This document shows, one piece after another, positions 46,104 to 55,948 of a DNA stretch of 64,000 nt. This DNA is from a virus: positions 22,811-86,810 of IMG/VR virus record IMGVR_UViG_3300008450_000013; one strand, given 5' to 3'. The notes below the pieces were generated by a model. The model did not search any database, was not told the DNA's origin, and was given only the letters and a program-made list of their open reading frames with translations. How positions within the stretch are numbered: the first letter of the stretch is position 1; each line of letters starts with the position of its first letter. The position numbers and the translations under genes were made by a program.

Positions 46104-47097
46104 CCATCATCTCCTTTACGATCTCATAATCTTTATAAAGTGCTGCATCCACCTTGCCGAACAACACTCCATAGTTGTACTCACAATCTCTGAAATAACG
46201 CCCATCAGTATCTTCATATTGCATAATCTTGTAGATGCAATCATAGATTTCCTGATCTTCGTTATTGTCAATTGTGAAGCCTTGTAAGCCTCTTTCCGCA
46301 GAGTCATACCCATCATTCCAATCATTACGATTTGCTTCAAGATAATGAGCCAGATTTAAATATTTATCTTTAGCTAGGATGGCATGAAGAATATCCCACT
46401 TACCTGACATAGCATTATCTGGTGTATATTTAGCACGAAGCAAGGCAAGCTTGTGTACATCCTCTACAGCTTTCTTTTTGCTTGCTTCTTCTCGTTCTAC
46501 TTTCACAATAACATCTTTAGCTTTAGCATACTCTGTTTCTAATAAAACTTTCAGTTGTCTTACTTTATCTTCATGGTTGGAATATTCATTATATGTTGGT
46601 GCTACACGTTGAACATCCTCTATAAATCCAGCTCGTTTACCAATCCATTTCTTTGTCTTAGACCGTGTTGTTTCGTAGTCATAGACTTTGTAATGTTCTG
46701 TCACTCCTATCTTATCCATGATTTGTCTAATCTTGTCATGAATAACTTTATTATGTTTTGAAACAATATCTGATTCATAAAAACGAGCTTTTAAATCTGT
46801 CTCATATTGTGAAATGATATTTGAAATATGCTCTTTACGTTTATCTAATTCTGCAACAGATTTTAGTAACTGAAAACTTTCATGATAAGGTTTGTATTGA
46901 AACCATGATTGACTACTACTTAGAGTAATTTTATCATAAGAACTTTGATAAACAATATAATCGCTCAGTTGCAGCTTCTTATCATTCATCTTGAGTGGCG
47001 TAGGAATATCCTCTTCTAAAAGCTTTGTAAGACGTTCTACTTCAGCTTCTAAGCTATCCACAACTTTAATAATTGTTTCTTTGTTTTTGCTTGTCAT
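46096..47097 (-). CDS. hypothetical protein (333 aa, helical)
   Basis: Long ORF with GGGGAG RBS. Confidence 0.8.
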   Translation of the reverse strand: MTSKNKETIIKVVDSLEAEVERLTKLLEEDIPTPLKMNDKKLQLSDYIVYQSSYDKITLSSSQSWFQYKPYHESFQLLKSVAELDKRKEHISNIISQYETDLKARFYESDIVSKHNKVIHDKIRQIMDKIGVTEHYKVYDYETTRSKTKKWIGKRAGFIEDVQRVAPTYNEYSNHEDKVRQLKVLLETEYAKAKDVIVKVEREEASKKKAVEDVHKLALLRAKYTPDNAMSGKWDILHAILAKDKYLNLAHYLEANRNDWNDGYDSAERGLQGFTIDNNEDQEIYDCIYKIMQYEDTDGRYFRDCEYNYGVLFGKVDAALYKDYEIVKEMMDE

Positions 47098-47289
47098 TTT
47101 CTCCCCTTCCTCATAGCAACCATTTTCAACCTCTGTCGCTTGTTAAGTGTACCACGTTTAATCTCACTGTAAACTTGTCGCAGAATTGGAGAGTTTGCCA
47201 ATAGCTCCGCAGCTTGAGGTTGTTTCGACATCCACAGAGTGAATTTTCGTAGTGTTGTAATGTCTTCCATTTGCTCTCCTTATAAACTA

Positions 47290-47325
47290 AAAGCCCTCAT
47301 ACCTCACAAGGAAGCAGAGGGCTTT
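47290..47325 (-). terminator. terminator after ssb
   Basis: AAAGCCCTC/GAGGGCTTT stem with a U-rich tail on the minus strand. Confidence 0.6.
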
Positions 47326-47336
47326 GTTAAGCTACA

Positions 47337-47993
47337 TTAAAATGGTGCCGTATCAGACTCAATATCATCCTCTACAGGAGCTGCTTTAGCTTTTGGCTTA
47401 GTAGCAACCTTCTCAGGACGTGCTTCAAGAACTTCCTTACGAGGGGCTTCTGTCTTCACTGGCTTAGAGCCAAACTCGTCGCCAGCTTTACCACCACCTG
47501 AAGATTCATATTCCTTGAAGTTATCCTCCTCCATTAACACGTTCTGTAGCCGAGCAAATGTACCGAAGTCATTTGTAGAGATGTAGTAAGATACTTTACC
47601 AAAACTCCCGTTGGCAATCAAACGACTTTGACCAATCTCTGTGCGATTACCTTCAGCATCATCCAAGTACACTTTTGGTCGGAAATTCTCTTCTACAGGA
47701 ACTCCATCATTAGTTGCTTGACGTTTCACTTTGATACCATAAACACTCTTCATACCTGCAAAACGATCTGGCAGAGGAATCTTGTATTTACCCTCAAAGT
47801 CAGATGCTTTAATCTTCTTAGCAGGTTGCTTCTTGAATTGCTCATCCCAAGCATCTGCTGTTTCTTCGTCTACAATAACTTCGATAGACCATTCCTTCTC
47901 TGTGCTTTGATATTTGGTGTCAGGCTGACCCACTTTAGCGTAGACGAATACACCTTCCAAAACACCGTAGTTAGATTTTTGTTTAGTTGCCAT
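47337..47993 (-). CDS. ssb: single-stranded DNA-binding protein (T7 gp2.5-like)
   Basis: YAKV..PD, IANGSFGKV; acidic tail ending DTAPF. Confidence 0.8.
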   Translation of the reverse strand: MATKQKSNYGVLEGVFVYAKVGQPDTKYQSTEKEWSIEVIVDEETADAWDEQFKKQPAKKIKASDFEGKYKIPLPDRFAGMKSVYGIKVKRQATNDGVPVEENFRPKVYLDDAEGNRTEIGQSRLIANGSFGKVSYYISTNDFGTFARLQNVLMEEDNFKEYESSGGGKAGDEFGSKPVKTEAPRKEVLEARPEKVATKPKAKAAPVEDDIESDTAPF

Positions 47994-48100
47994 TGTTTAG
48001 TTTCCTTTATAGAATTTGTTGCTTAGATTTGTGTAGAGCACTTGCCTAAAGACACTACACTGCCTGCACATTAGAATGAATGTGTTACACTGAAAACGTC

Positions 48101-48129
48101 ATTATACACACTTTAAAACTTCTTGTCAA
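48101..48129 (-). promoter_or_regulatory. ssb promoter
   Basis: TTGACA-17-TATAAT. Confidence 0.85.
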
Positions 48130-48316
48130 ACAATTTCAATCTTTTATCTGAAGCCTTGGTAATATACTTCAACACCATCTCATAAGCAGCTTTCATCTCT
48201 TCTGGCTCATCATAAGCATCTAAATGGTTGTAGTCATCGAACAGTCTTGCTCTTACGATCTCGTCTAAGACATCTTCTGGACGATGATCTACTTTCTTAC
48301 TGAATTTTGGCTTCAT
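48113..48316 (-). CDS. hypothetical protein
   Basis: AAAGGAGAAA RBS. Confidence 0.7.
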   Translation of the reverse strand: MKPKFSKKVDHRPEDVLDEIVRARLFDDYNHLDAYDEPEEMKAAYEMVLKYITKASDKRLKLFDKKF

Positions 48317-48515
48317 GTTTCTCCTTTACAATTTTATTCAAGACATCATCTACAGATTGTCCCACAACATCATACTCATTGAATTGAAAGTATATCCTAA
48401 GTGGCATTCCTATGCAAGCATCTTTTTCAAATAAGTCTACGTCTTGAAGGGCGAGATGTGATAAGAGGTAGTTGTACTTTTGTTCTATTGTTGGCATGGT
48501 TTTCACTTCGTTCAT
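48297..48515 (-). CDS. hypothetical protein
   Basis: AAAGGAGAAA RBS. Confidence 0.7.
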   Translation of the reverse strand: MNEVKTMPTIEQKYNYLLSHLALQDVDLFEKDACIGMPLRIYFQFNEYDVVGQSVDDVLNKIVKEKHEAKIQ

Positions 48516-48835
48516 GTTTTCTCCTTTGTAATAAACCTACTATGAATCCACATACCTAACATCGCTCCGCTACCACTACCAAATCCTATCCAAAATACTA
48601 GCCAACCCCATCCATGCTTACTAATCACTGTGATAGTCCAAACTTCCATGACTGCCATCATAAGCGATACAGGCATAATAAGCAAGTAGTGTTTGCCAGA
48701 TACTGATAATTGCTGAAATGCTTTGAGTGCAACAAAACAGAAGCTTGCAAAGAATGCTAGGAAGTACATTAGCTGTGGTTCGTACACATTACTCATAGCT
48801 ATCCTCAAACAACTCCTTGCAATTCTTAATATCAT
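48512..48835 (-). CDS. three-TM membrane protein
   Basis: Hydrophobic; GFGSGSGAMLGM; true start probably MSNVYE. Confidence 0.7.
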   Translation of the reverse strand: MILRIARSCLRIAMSNVYEPQLMYFLAFFASFCFVALKAFQQLSVSGKHYLLIMPVSLMMAVMEVWTITVISKHGWGWLVFWIGFGSGSGAMLGMWIHSRFITKEKT

Positions 48836-49403
48836 AAGAAATTAGAACATGAAACACCTTTTCACTGAGTACATCCTTAAAGTCTCTCGCCATAACTTTT
48901 AAGTAGTTTTCTTTAGCAATTTTGTATGCCTTTCCAGCTTTCTCCACAGTAGAGTGCTGGCTAATATGGACTTTCTTGTTATTTACCTTTAAACGTGCAA
49001 CAAAATTCCCATGTCTATCAATAGATACACCGATAGGCAACTCCTTGTCTATTCTACTGGATGCTAGTAACATGTTAATCTTTCTCGGAACAAAACAACA
49101 ATTGTCCTCTGAATAAAGCTTGCCACAGCCAAGAATGTCTTTATCTAACTGACAATCTTCTAAATCAAACCCTACTTGGTGGTTACACCACTCCGCAAAG
49201 AACTGAAAGTCCAAGAAGTTTTCAGACACTTCACAATCCATGTAGGAGGCGTGTTTATCTCTGTTCCTTGAGTAGCACCGTCTCAACATGTCGTACCATT
49301 TATTGTACTCTTTTGTATTGTGTTGAACACCATCAGAGTCTCTGTAAGTCGCTTTGTATTTTCCTGTGACATAGACTCCCTTTCCAAATATTAACTTTTT
49401 CAT
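48789..49403 (-). mobile_element. free-standing HNH-like endonuclease with AP2 domain
   Basis: YNKWYDMLRRC, LDKDIL...YSEDNCCFVP..IN and LPIGV motifs. Confidence 0.8.
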
Positions 49404-49924
49404 TTATAATCCTCGAACAGATTAACTGGAGGCAAATCATTACCTTCCTTGTAATACTGAGTGCAATGTATCAACATAAATAGATTACATACTACGTGCG
49501 CAATGTGCTTACGTCCAGACTCTGCATCAACCTCTTCACCGTTAATAATTGCCATTGTATGACGTACAGCACAAGCTAAAGGGATGCTCCAATTGAATCC
49601 CTTAGCCCAATTCCAAGCCTTATACTTCTTGGCTCCGTAAGTGAATACATGGGTAGACTCTTCAATATCCTCCAAGCTCAAGCATTCTAATATATTGAAC
49701 AAGTAAGCTGGAGAGTGTGTCTTCTGAAATTCTCCGAGTGTGCTGACGATATTCGTGTACTTCTGCATATCTGTAGTTGTCACTAAGTGAAGATAATCTG
49801 CAAAATCACTCAACAACAACATTGAGTAATCAGGCTTCCCACTGTTATAACGAGCACCAGAGCCTTTCTCGTTGCTGTCAATGTTTCCTACTTGTGTTGG
49901 TGTTACTACTGTTGCCATTGTCAT
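49400..49924 (-). CDS. dATP/dGTP diphosphohydrolase-like protein (DUF5664-type)
   Basis: GARYNSGKP, TYGAKKY..WNWAKG, RH, DAESGRKHIAH..CN. Confidence 0.8.
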   Translation of the reverse strand: MTMATVVTPTQVGNIDSNEKGSGARYNSGKPDYSMLLLSDFADYLHLVTTTDMQKYTNIVSTLGEFQKTHSPAYLFNILECLSLEDIEESTHVFTYGAKKYKAWNWAKGFNWSIPLACAVRHTMAIINGEEVDAESGRKHIAHVVCNLFMLIHCTQYYKEGNDLPPVNLFEDYK

Positions 49925-49987
49925 AATTCCTCCTTCTGTTTGTTAATAAGTGATATTGTAGAGTGTTTTGTTGGTTGTCAAGCAGTT

Positions 49988-52141
49988 TTATTTAATAAGA
50001 AGTTTCTCAACTTCTGCAACATAATAATCGTAGTCAATATCTCCAGCAAAGTCGTTTACATTGTTACAAGTTTTAACTTTCCAAGAAGTGTCAATACCAA
50101 GTCTACGTTCTTCACCACCCTCTTCTAACGGAGGCATGATTTTAACAAGCTTACCACCATCTTTACAAGGGTAATAACGACAGATGTTTTGCTGTAATTC
50201 TTCTCTGCCATCCTCATATACTGATACCAATCGACTAGAACGAGGGACTTTAGTTCGTAGGAAAAAGTCATAAATATTGTCATGATTCTTAATAAACTCT
50301 AATACATCTACTCCATATAACATGTGAGCTTCTGCAGCCATAGGAATGATTAGAGAAGAAGCATTCTTGTTCCATGCTAAATCTTTGTACTCATAAGCCC
50401 CTTTACTCTTTAGCTTTCCGTTGTCGTAAACGCTTAAATAATTATTTACATCCCTGATAAACATTTTAGTATAGGTGACAAACTCAAGTTGCAACTTTAC
50501 TTGTTCTTCCCATTTTTTACAAGCTTGATAATATTCATCTTCTTTATCACGTTTCAGAGCAACTGTAATACCATCTGTGTTAGCACCCACCATAAGAGTA
50601 CCTTCAATATCCAAGACACGTTCGATTAGTAAACACAATGAAAGCTGTCCGTTCAAAGTAATATCCATTGTATATTTAGGGTCGTAGAACACACTGTACT
50701 GATTATTACTATTTCCGTATGTAGCATTTAGAGCTAACTTCAACATTGCATTCTCTGGAGTACTTTTAGCAAAACTCTTACGCTGTTCGTAAACATCTTG
50801 ATAAATCTCACAAAACTTAGAACTCAAGTGATGTGGATGTACGTTATTGCTAATACCAATGTTAGGGTACATTGAACTAACGTCTGCGTCAATCAGTTTA
50901 TATAACTTGGTTTCCTTAACTACTTTATTCTGCAAACTACCATGTAATCCGCCTGTACCAAAGTCTAATCTAAACCCATTAACAACTACATTCAACGTAT
51001 CAGCTTCTCTCCAACATCCATAAAATGACTTTTTAGGCACTCTAACCTTACGAGTTTTCTCTCTACCTTTTGCATCGAAACACTTTTCAAATACATGTTC
51101 GCCTTTATCATTAAACAAATATTCTGTAGCAGCAAGCTCTACCTTCTCAACCCAACCTTTGGGATGTTCTCGCAGGAAAGCATCATACTCTGTTCTAGTC
51201 GGTTCTTGCTTGAACTTCTTCTTCTTAACAACCATCTCAGCGTACTTAGCAACATCTCCAAGATCGTGTTCATCTAAGTCTGAGAACACACCTTTAGTTT
51301 CTGTGATTGTTTGCTTCTCAAGCCATTCCTTAATAGCAATGAACTCTGGACGTTTGAAGTCGTAGTAACTGAACAGACAGTCTTTCACTTTAATACTAGA
51401 TCGTTTTGTCTGTCGTACCTTACGTTTACCTTCAGAATCCTTTGTGTACAACGGAATGCCAGCTTTCTCCAATTCCATCACAAAATAATCACCACCAATC
51501 TTAGCATCGGAATGGTTGATAAAATCACGATTATATTTATGTGTTAGCTTCTCACGAAACTCCACTTGCGGAATACTGTGATTATAGAAATCAAGAGTCA
51601 TCTTCACGTCATGTTCGTTATACTGAATCAATACATCAATTTCATCGTTTGTCAATATCTTACCAACAGGAAATGGAAGGTCTTCAATATTACTTGAACG
51701 CATATTGAATTCAAGCATCTTCAAACTTGTAGCTTTAGCTTTATTATCAAAGTGATGAATCTTGTACAAATCAATCTGCTTAACATAACGATCTTCAGTC
51801 TTTACAGTGTTTGGAAACTGTCCTTTAAAGCTTTCAATTTGTTTCTGTGCCAGATCGTACATCTTCTTAGCAATCGTGTTACCGCCTTTAGGGACTTTGT
51901 TCTTATCTCGTAATTTCAATAATTCGTGAATGATGGGATAGTCAAAACCGAGCGAATTAAACCCCACCATGTAGTCATCTTGCTCATGAAGATAGTCTAA
52001 ACATTTAAAGATTCTGTCAATATCGTTCTTACGACTACTCACCTCAAATGTTTGTTTGAACTTTCCGTCTGCACGAATAATACTAAATGTAAACGCATTC
52101 GGGAAAGTTTCGAGATCCCAGATCCACTTATTTAAACTCAT
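49988..52141 (-). CDS. polB: DNA polymerase, family B
   Basis: Exonuclease WDLE, GFN..GFD, YNEHD; polymerase DVSSMYP, KLALNATYG, NTDG, DVNNY, KG. Confidence 0.92.
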   Translation of the reverse strand: MSLNKWIWDLETFPNAFTFSIIRADGKFKQTFEVSSRKNDIDRIFKCLDYLHEQDDYMVGFNSLGFDYPIIHELLKLRDKNKVPKGGNTIAKKMYDLAQKQIESFKGQFPNTVKTEDRYVKQIDLYKIHHFDNKAKATSLKMLEFNMRSSNIEDLPFPVGKILTNDEIDVLIQYNEHDVKMTLDFYNHSIPQVEFREKLTHKYNRDFINHSDAKIGGDYFVMELEKAGIPLYTKDSEGKRKVRQTKRSSIKVKDCLFSYYDFKRPEFIAIKEWLEKQTITETKGVFSDLDEHDLGDVAKYAEMVVKKKKFKQEPTRTEYDAFLREHPKGWVEKVELAATEYLFNDKGEHVFEKCFDAKGREKTRKVRVPKKSFYGCWREADTLNVVVNGFRLDFGTGGLHGSLQNKVVKETKLYKLIDADVSSMYPNIGISNNVHPHHLSSKFCEIYQDVYEQRKSFAKSTPENAMLKLALNATYGNSNNQYSVFYDPKYTMDITLNGQLSLCLLIERVLDIEGTLMVGANTDGITVALKRDKEDEYYQACKKWEEQVKLQLEFVTYTKMFIRDVNNYLSVYDNGKLKSKGAYEYKDLAWNKNASSLIIPMAAEAHMLYGVDVLEFIKNHDNIYDFFLRTKVPRSSRLVSVYEDGREELQQNICRYYPCKDGGKLVKIMPPLEEGGEERRLGIDTSWKVKTCNNVNDFAGDIDYDYYVAEVEKLLIK

Positions 52142-52150
52142 GTAAACTCC

Positions 52151-52735
52151 TTACTTTTGTTTGTTTCGTACACCTTCTATAAATTTTTCACAAATCAATA
52201 GAATTTCGTCATCGTTCATCTCGCCTCTCATTAAGTTTACTTGCCAAAGAACTATTCTTACATTATCTTTGGTGTAACCTTTAGTAGAATCTATTCTATC
52301 AATACTAGGTGAATACGGATTCTTACTGTACCTATTGTGTGGTGAGAAATCAAAAGAAAATCCGGTAATCTCACAAAACCCTATTTTCAACTTATCTTCT
52401 ATCCAATCACACGTAATATCAAAATTTTCATATTGTTCTGATCTTCTACAAGCACCTTTATATAAAGTTTTAGCCCTTCCTGAAATACTTTTATAAAAAG
52501 AACTACTTCTCTCTTTGGATTCAGCTTTCTTTATGGGGTCTTCTGAACATTTTTTAGCTCTGATTTTTCTTTTAATTTTGTATTCTTCATTATTAGCATA
52601 CATTTTTCTACCATATTCTAATACACATAATTTGCAACTAGGATGTATCCTGTTCGCACCGTTACTCAAAGTGCCGTTTTTATAAAAATAAGATACATCT
52701 TTTTCTATACCACATGTTTTACAAACTTTATTCAC
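52151..52735 (-). mobile_element. free-standing His-Me finger (HNH-like) endonuclease with N-terminal zinc finger
   Basis: CKTC...CKLC; SPSIDRIDSTKGYTKDNVRIV...N. Confidence 0.8.
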
Positions 52736-52753
52736 AACTTACCTCTTCGACAT

Positions 52754-52792
52754 ATAAAGGTAAATTATATCATAAACTTTATGGTTTGTCAA
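52754..52792 (-). promoter_or_regulatory. promoter of the endonuclease-polB unit
   Basis: TTGACA-17-TATAAT; -10 flanked by ATAAAG/CTTTAT. Confidence 0.8.
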
Positions 52793-52857
52793 GTTTCCAA
52801 GTCCCAGACCCACTTTTGATTACTCATCATTCCTCCAATAAAATTACAATACACTGC

Positions 52858-53076
52858 TTACGCAGTGAGCTTACTCTTCAACAATTCTACAAATGGCTCT
52901 AACACTTTGTTAGCAGCTTCTTCCCAAGCTTCCTCAGCACTATAACAAATAGTAGTATCCTGAATCATTTTACCACGAAAATAAAATGTATGGTAATAAT
53001 CCCCATAGGTGTCTGACTCTTCTCCATCATAAGTGAGTCCCAGACATTCTGCAACATCTCTCTTCTCTAGTTTCAT
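52858..53076 (-). CDS. acidic hypothetical protein
   Basis: GGAGG RBS. Confidence 0.65.
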   Translation of the reverse strand: MKLEKRDVAECLGLTYDGEESDTYGDYYHTFYFRGKMIQDTTICYSAEEAWEEAANKVLEPFVELLKSKLTA

Positions 53077-53407
53077 ACGTCCTCCAAATTATCTCTAGAC
53101 CAAATGGCAAAGAACCCTGCAATCAGGAACCACGAAGCTGCACCATAATCATTTACTGCAAGTAGTTGAATGGATAGCGCTAACAACAAGATTCCGATAA
53201 CTAGTAAGAAACTTTTAAATTTCATAAATACCTCCTAAGTTAAAAACTTGTAACCAACTTGCACAGCTTTTGCTTCAGCATAAGAGTTTAGCATAACTTC
53301 TCCTTCTGAGTAAGTGCCATAGCAATTATATTTCACTTTCACAAACCATTTACAATATTTGTATTCTGGCTCTGCTAGAATTTCTACTACATAAGCGTCT
53401 AGTAAGT

Positions 53408-53719
53408 TCATTTGTCATCCCTCATGGCACATAATTCTTGCAACTCATTACCCCATTTATCAGTAGAATATGAAAACACTTCTAGACGCTCCATAATCAC
53501 AGCCATCACAGCATCCTCAAACTCTTCTTGAGAAGAGAATGTAATAGGTTCTGGCAGTTCATAAGGTTCTCCAAATCTATCTCTACTCCACCACTCCAAG
53601 TGCCCTTCATCATCCTGCACCAGATGTCCCACTTTATTAGAATTAATAACCTTGTAGCAGTTACCCTCTGTCAAAGGAACTCCAAAATCACCTTGAATAC
53701 ACTTCACATATTTAGCCAT
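53408..53719 (-). CDS. hypothetical protein (SH3-like N-terminus)
   Basis: VKCI...LTEGNCYKV...DDEG...RF. Confidence 0.65.
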   Translation of the reverse strand: MAKYVKCIQGDFGVPLTEGNCYKVINSNKVGHLVQDDEGHLEWWSRDRFGEPYELPEPITFSSQEEFEDAVMAVIMERLEVFSYSTDKWGNELQELCAMRDDK

Positions 53720-54086
53720 TTTGTCTAGCCTCCTTAATTAACATTTCTAAATAAGCTGCAATGTCTTCATAGGCAACATACTTACCATCTGCAAAAGCTT
53801 CATAATTATTACAGTCACTATCCTCCATACATTGATTAGCAAACTCCAAAGCCTTCTTCAACATTTCCTCTGCACTCTTCTTAGGAGACTTACACATTGG
53901 CATTGGAGGAGCTGGACGTGTTGGACTTGGTAGTACATCATTCACATTCAGATTAAATCCTTGTAGCTTTGGAGGGATGCTGAAAGTAATTCTTCCGATA
54001 TGCCCAATATCCTCCCCACTTACATTCAGGCACCCTTGTTCTGAGTCTCCAATACTTACTAAGCATTTAACTTTAATTGTTTCCAT
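53712..54086 (-). CDS. hypothetical protein
   Basis: AAGGAG RBS. Confidence 0.65.
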   Translation of the reverse strand: METIKVKCLVSIGDSEQGCLNVSGEDIGHIGRITFSIPPKLQGFNLNVNDVLPSPTRPAPPMPMCKSPKKSAEEMLKKALEFANQCMEDSDCNNYEAFADGKYVAYEDIAAYLEMLIKEARQNG

Positions 54087-54384
54087 ATCACTTCTCCTTC
54101 TCTTCTAGTTTCGCCATAATAAGTCCTAGACAAGCAAACACCGCATTAAATGTGGATAGCTGCATGTCTCCTTGATAGCCTCTAATGGCACAAAACAATA
54201 ATGCTACTAACCCAAATGCTTTCCAAAACATATCACTTCTCCTTTTCAGCAAGCCAATCACTATAAAATCCTATGACAGCAAAGTATGTAGCCATTTGTA
54301 TATTATTTACAAAAGCATAATATGCTGCATAGCCTAAGCAAAAGATACAACTAATTTTAAATACGTGGTACATTATACATTCTC

Positions 54385-54954
54385 CTAATTATCTAACAAC
54401 TCTGAAGCCAAACTTTCTAAGCTCTCATAATATTTATATTGAGGAAACTTAGCAAGCACTTTCTGAATGTAATGATGTTCGTTATTGTAAATCGTATTTG
54501 TTTTATAGATAGCTTCAAACTTAACAGAACGTACAAAGTCTTTCTCTAAGACTATCTTACCATTCTTGTACCAAGCTTTACAAATACTTAAAGGGAAATT
54601 GACAATAACACTATCCCACGTTGGTTCACTCATACGTATCAATTGAACTTTAACACCAGCAATTTCAGTTTCGTACACGGCTTTCAAGCAAGGATTCTTT
54701 TTATACCACTCTGGGATATTTTCCCCATCTTTTACAGTTGTTACTTTAAATCCAGCCTTGTTGAGTAGTTTTAGCATAGTTGTTACAGTCGAAGCCTGTG
54801 GGCAATGAAAGAATAAATCAATGTCTGCAGCCTCTTTACCAAAGTACCAATCTCTCGGAGCACCACCTGCAACGATACAATAAGGGTCTATTAAATACAT
54901 CATGTCTAAAACTTCGTCAGCAACTATCTTTTGTGAATCAATTAAATTACTCAT
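54385..54954 (-). CDS. nucleotidyltransferase, CCA-adding / poly(A) polymerase head-domain family
   Basis: VAGGAPRD...DIDLF signature; short, so lacks body/tail domains. Confidence 0.82.
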   Translation of the reverse strand: MSNLIDSQKIVADEVLDMMYLIDPYCIVAGGAPRDWYFGKEAADIDLFFHCPQASTVTTMLKLLNKAGFKVTTVKDGENIPEWYKKNPCLKAVYETEIAGVKVQLIRMSEPTWDSVIVNFPLSICKAWYKNGKIVLEKDFVRSVKFEAIYKTNTIYNNEHHYIQKVLAKFPQYKYYESLESLASELLDN

Positions 54955-54955
54955 T

Positions 54956-55261
54956 TTATTCTCCTCCAAACATTACTTCATGATAGAAATGACTGTAAGC
55001 AATCTCTTGCTTAATACTCTTCTGCAAAATAGCAAGCTGTTTGAGTTGCTTGCGAGTTTTCTGAAGTTCTTTAATGTACATCATCTTTTGAGATGTGAGG
55101 TTGTCAACATATCGCATTGCATAGATATCTCCGGCAAGTGGCTTAATTTGATCGTTGACACTCTCAATGTCAGACAGGTGTTCTTGTACTAAATACTGTA
55201 AATACTTAATACGTTTCTTATTATGAGCTAACTGACTTTGTAGTAAATTAATTGGCAGCAT
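54956..55261 (-). CDS. coiled-coil hypothetical protein
   Basis: AAGGAG RBS. Confidence 0.7.
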   Translation of the reverse strand: MLPINLLQSQLAHNKKRIKYLQYLVQEHLSDIESVNDQIKPLAGDIYAMRYVDNLTSQKMMYIKELQKTRKQLKQLAILQKSIKQEIAYSHFYHEVMFGGE

Positions 55262-55271
55262 TTTGTTCTCC

Positions 55272-55682
55272 TTATTCAGCTAATAAATTCATTTGCTTAG
55301 AATACTTCAAAACACGTTTCATGTCAAGACGTTTCAAGCTTTCATTTAAATTACATTGAGTATCATGCATCTTAACAATCTTTGCAAGAGCATTTCCCTT
55401 CACTTTAGCAATGTAGTCTTCATAGCTTTCTCCAGCTACTTTTGTAATGGCTCGTATAGCATTGACAACATTATCTTCAAACAATCCATGTAACACATCT
55501 AGACTGCAATTTGTATCTTCAAGAATATCATGAAGGATTGCAATGATTGGAAGTCTGTCATCAACGTAACAGCTTACACTGTCTGCTACAGCTAATAGAT
55601 GCACAGTGTAAGGCTCGTTACCATACTTCTGTCCAGAGTGAAATTTTGTTGCTATTGTTAGTGCTAGTTCGTAGTCTGTCAT
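55272..55682 (-). CDS. small alarmone hydrolase (Mesh1/SpoT-type HD domain)
   Basis: H.GQ...EPY..H...V, LHDILEDT and VK..D...N motifs. Confidence 0.88.
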   Translation of the reverse strand: MTDYELALTIATKFHSGQKYGNEPYTVHLLAVADSVSCYVDDRLPIIAILHDILEDTNCSLDVLHGLFEDNVVNAIRAITKVAGESYEDYIAKVKGNALAKIVKMHDTQCNLNESLKRLDMKRVLKYSKQMNLLAE

Positions 55683-55691
55683 GGTGTCTCC

Positions 55692-55883
55692 TTAACCGTT
55701 AATTATAATCTTCAAACCACCAAAACCCACACCATCTGGATTGTTGTCATAATCGTACTTCTGGACAATTTGAGGTGTTATTTCGATGCTTGATGGTGTG
55801 TAGCCAAGTTCACCAATGATTAATTGTTTTAATTGGTTCTCAGAAAGTGTTACAATGTGTGAGCCATGTTTGAGTAAGTTCAT
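55692..55883 (-). CDS. hypothetical protein
   Basis: AAGGAG RBS; first ORF after a promoter. Confidence 0.65.
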   Translation of the reverse strand: MNLLKHGSHIVTLSENQLKQLIIGELGYTPSSIEITPQIVQKYDYDNNPDGVGFGGLKIIING

Positions 55884-55906
55884 TTGTTCTCTCCTTATTT
55901 GTAAGA

Positions 55907-55942
55907 AGCCCCTATTCTAATGAAAGAAATAGAGGCTGTCAA
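55907..55942 (-). promoter_or_regulatory. promoter overlapped by an inverted repeat
   Basis: TTGACA-17-TAGAAT; AGCCTCTATT/AATAGGGGCT. Confidence 0.75.
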
Positions 55943-55948
55943 CATATT

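Noticed and set aside
49400-52141. 2-aminoadenine or 7-deazaguanine genome modification suggested by the purine-dNTP hydrolase next to polB
   Set aside because: No PurZ, FolE, QueC/D/E or DpdA homologue recognisable in this window; they could lie outside it
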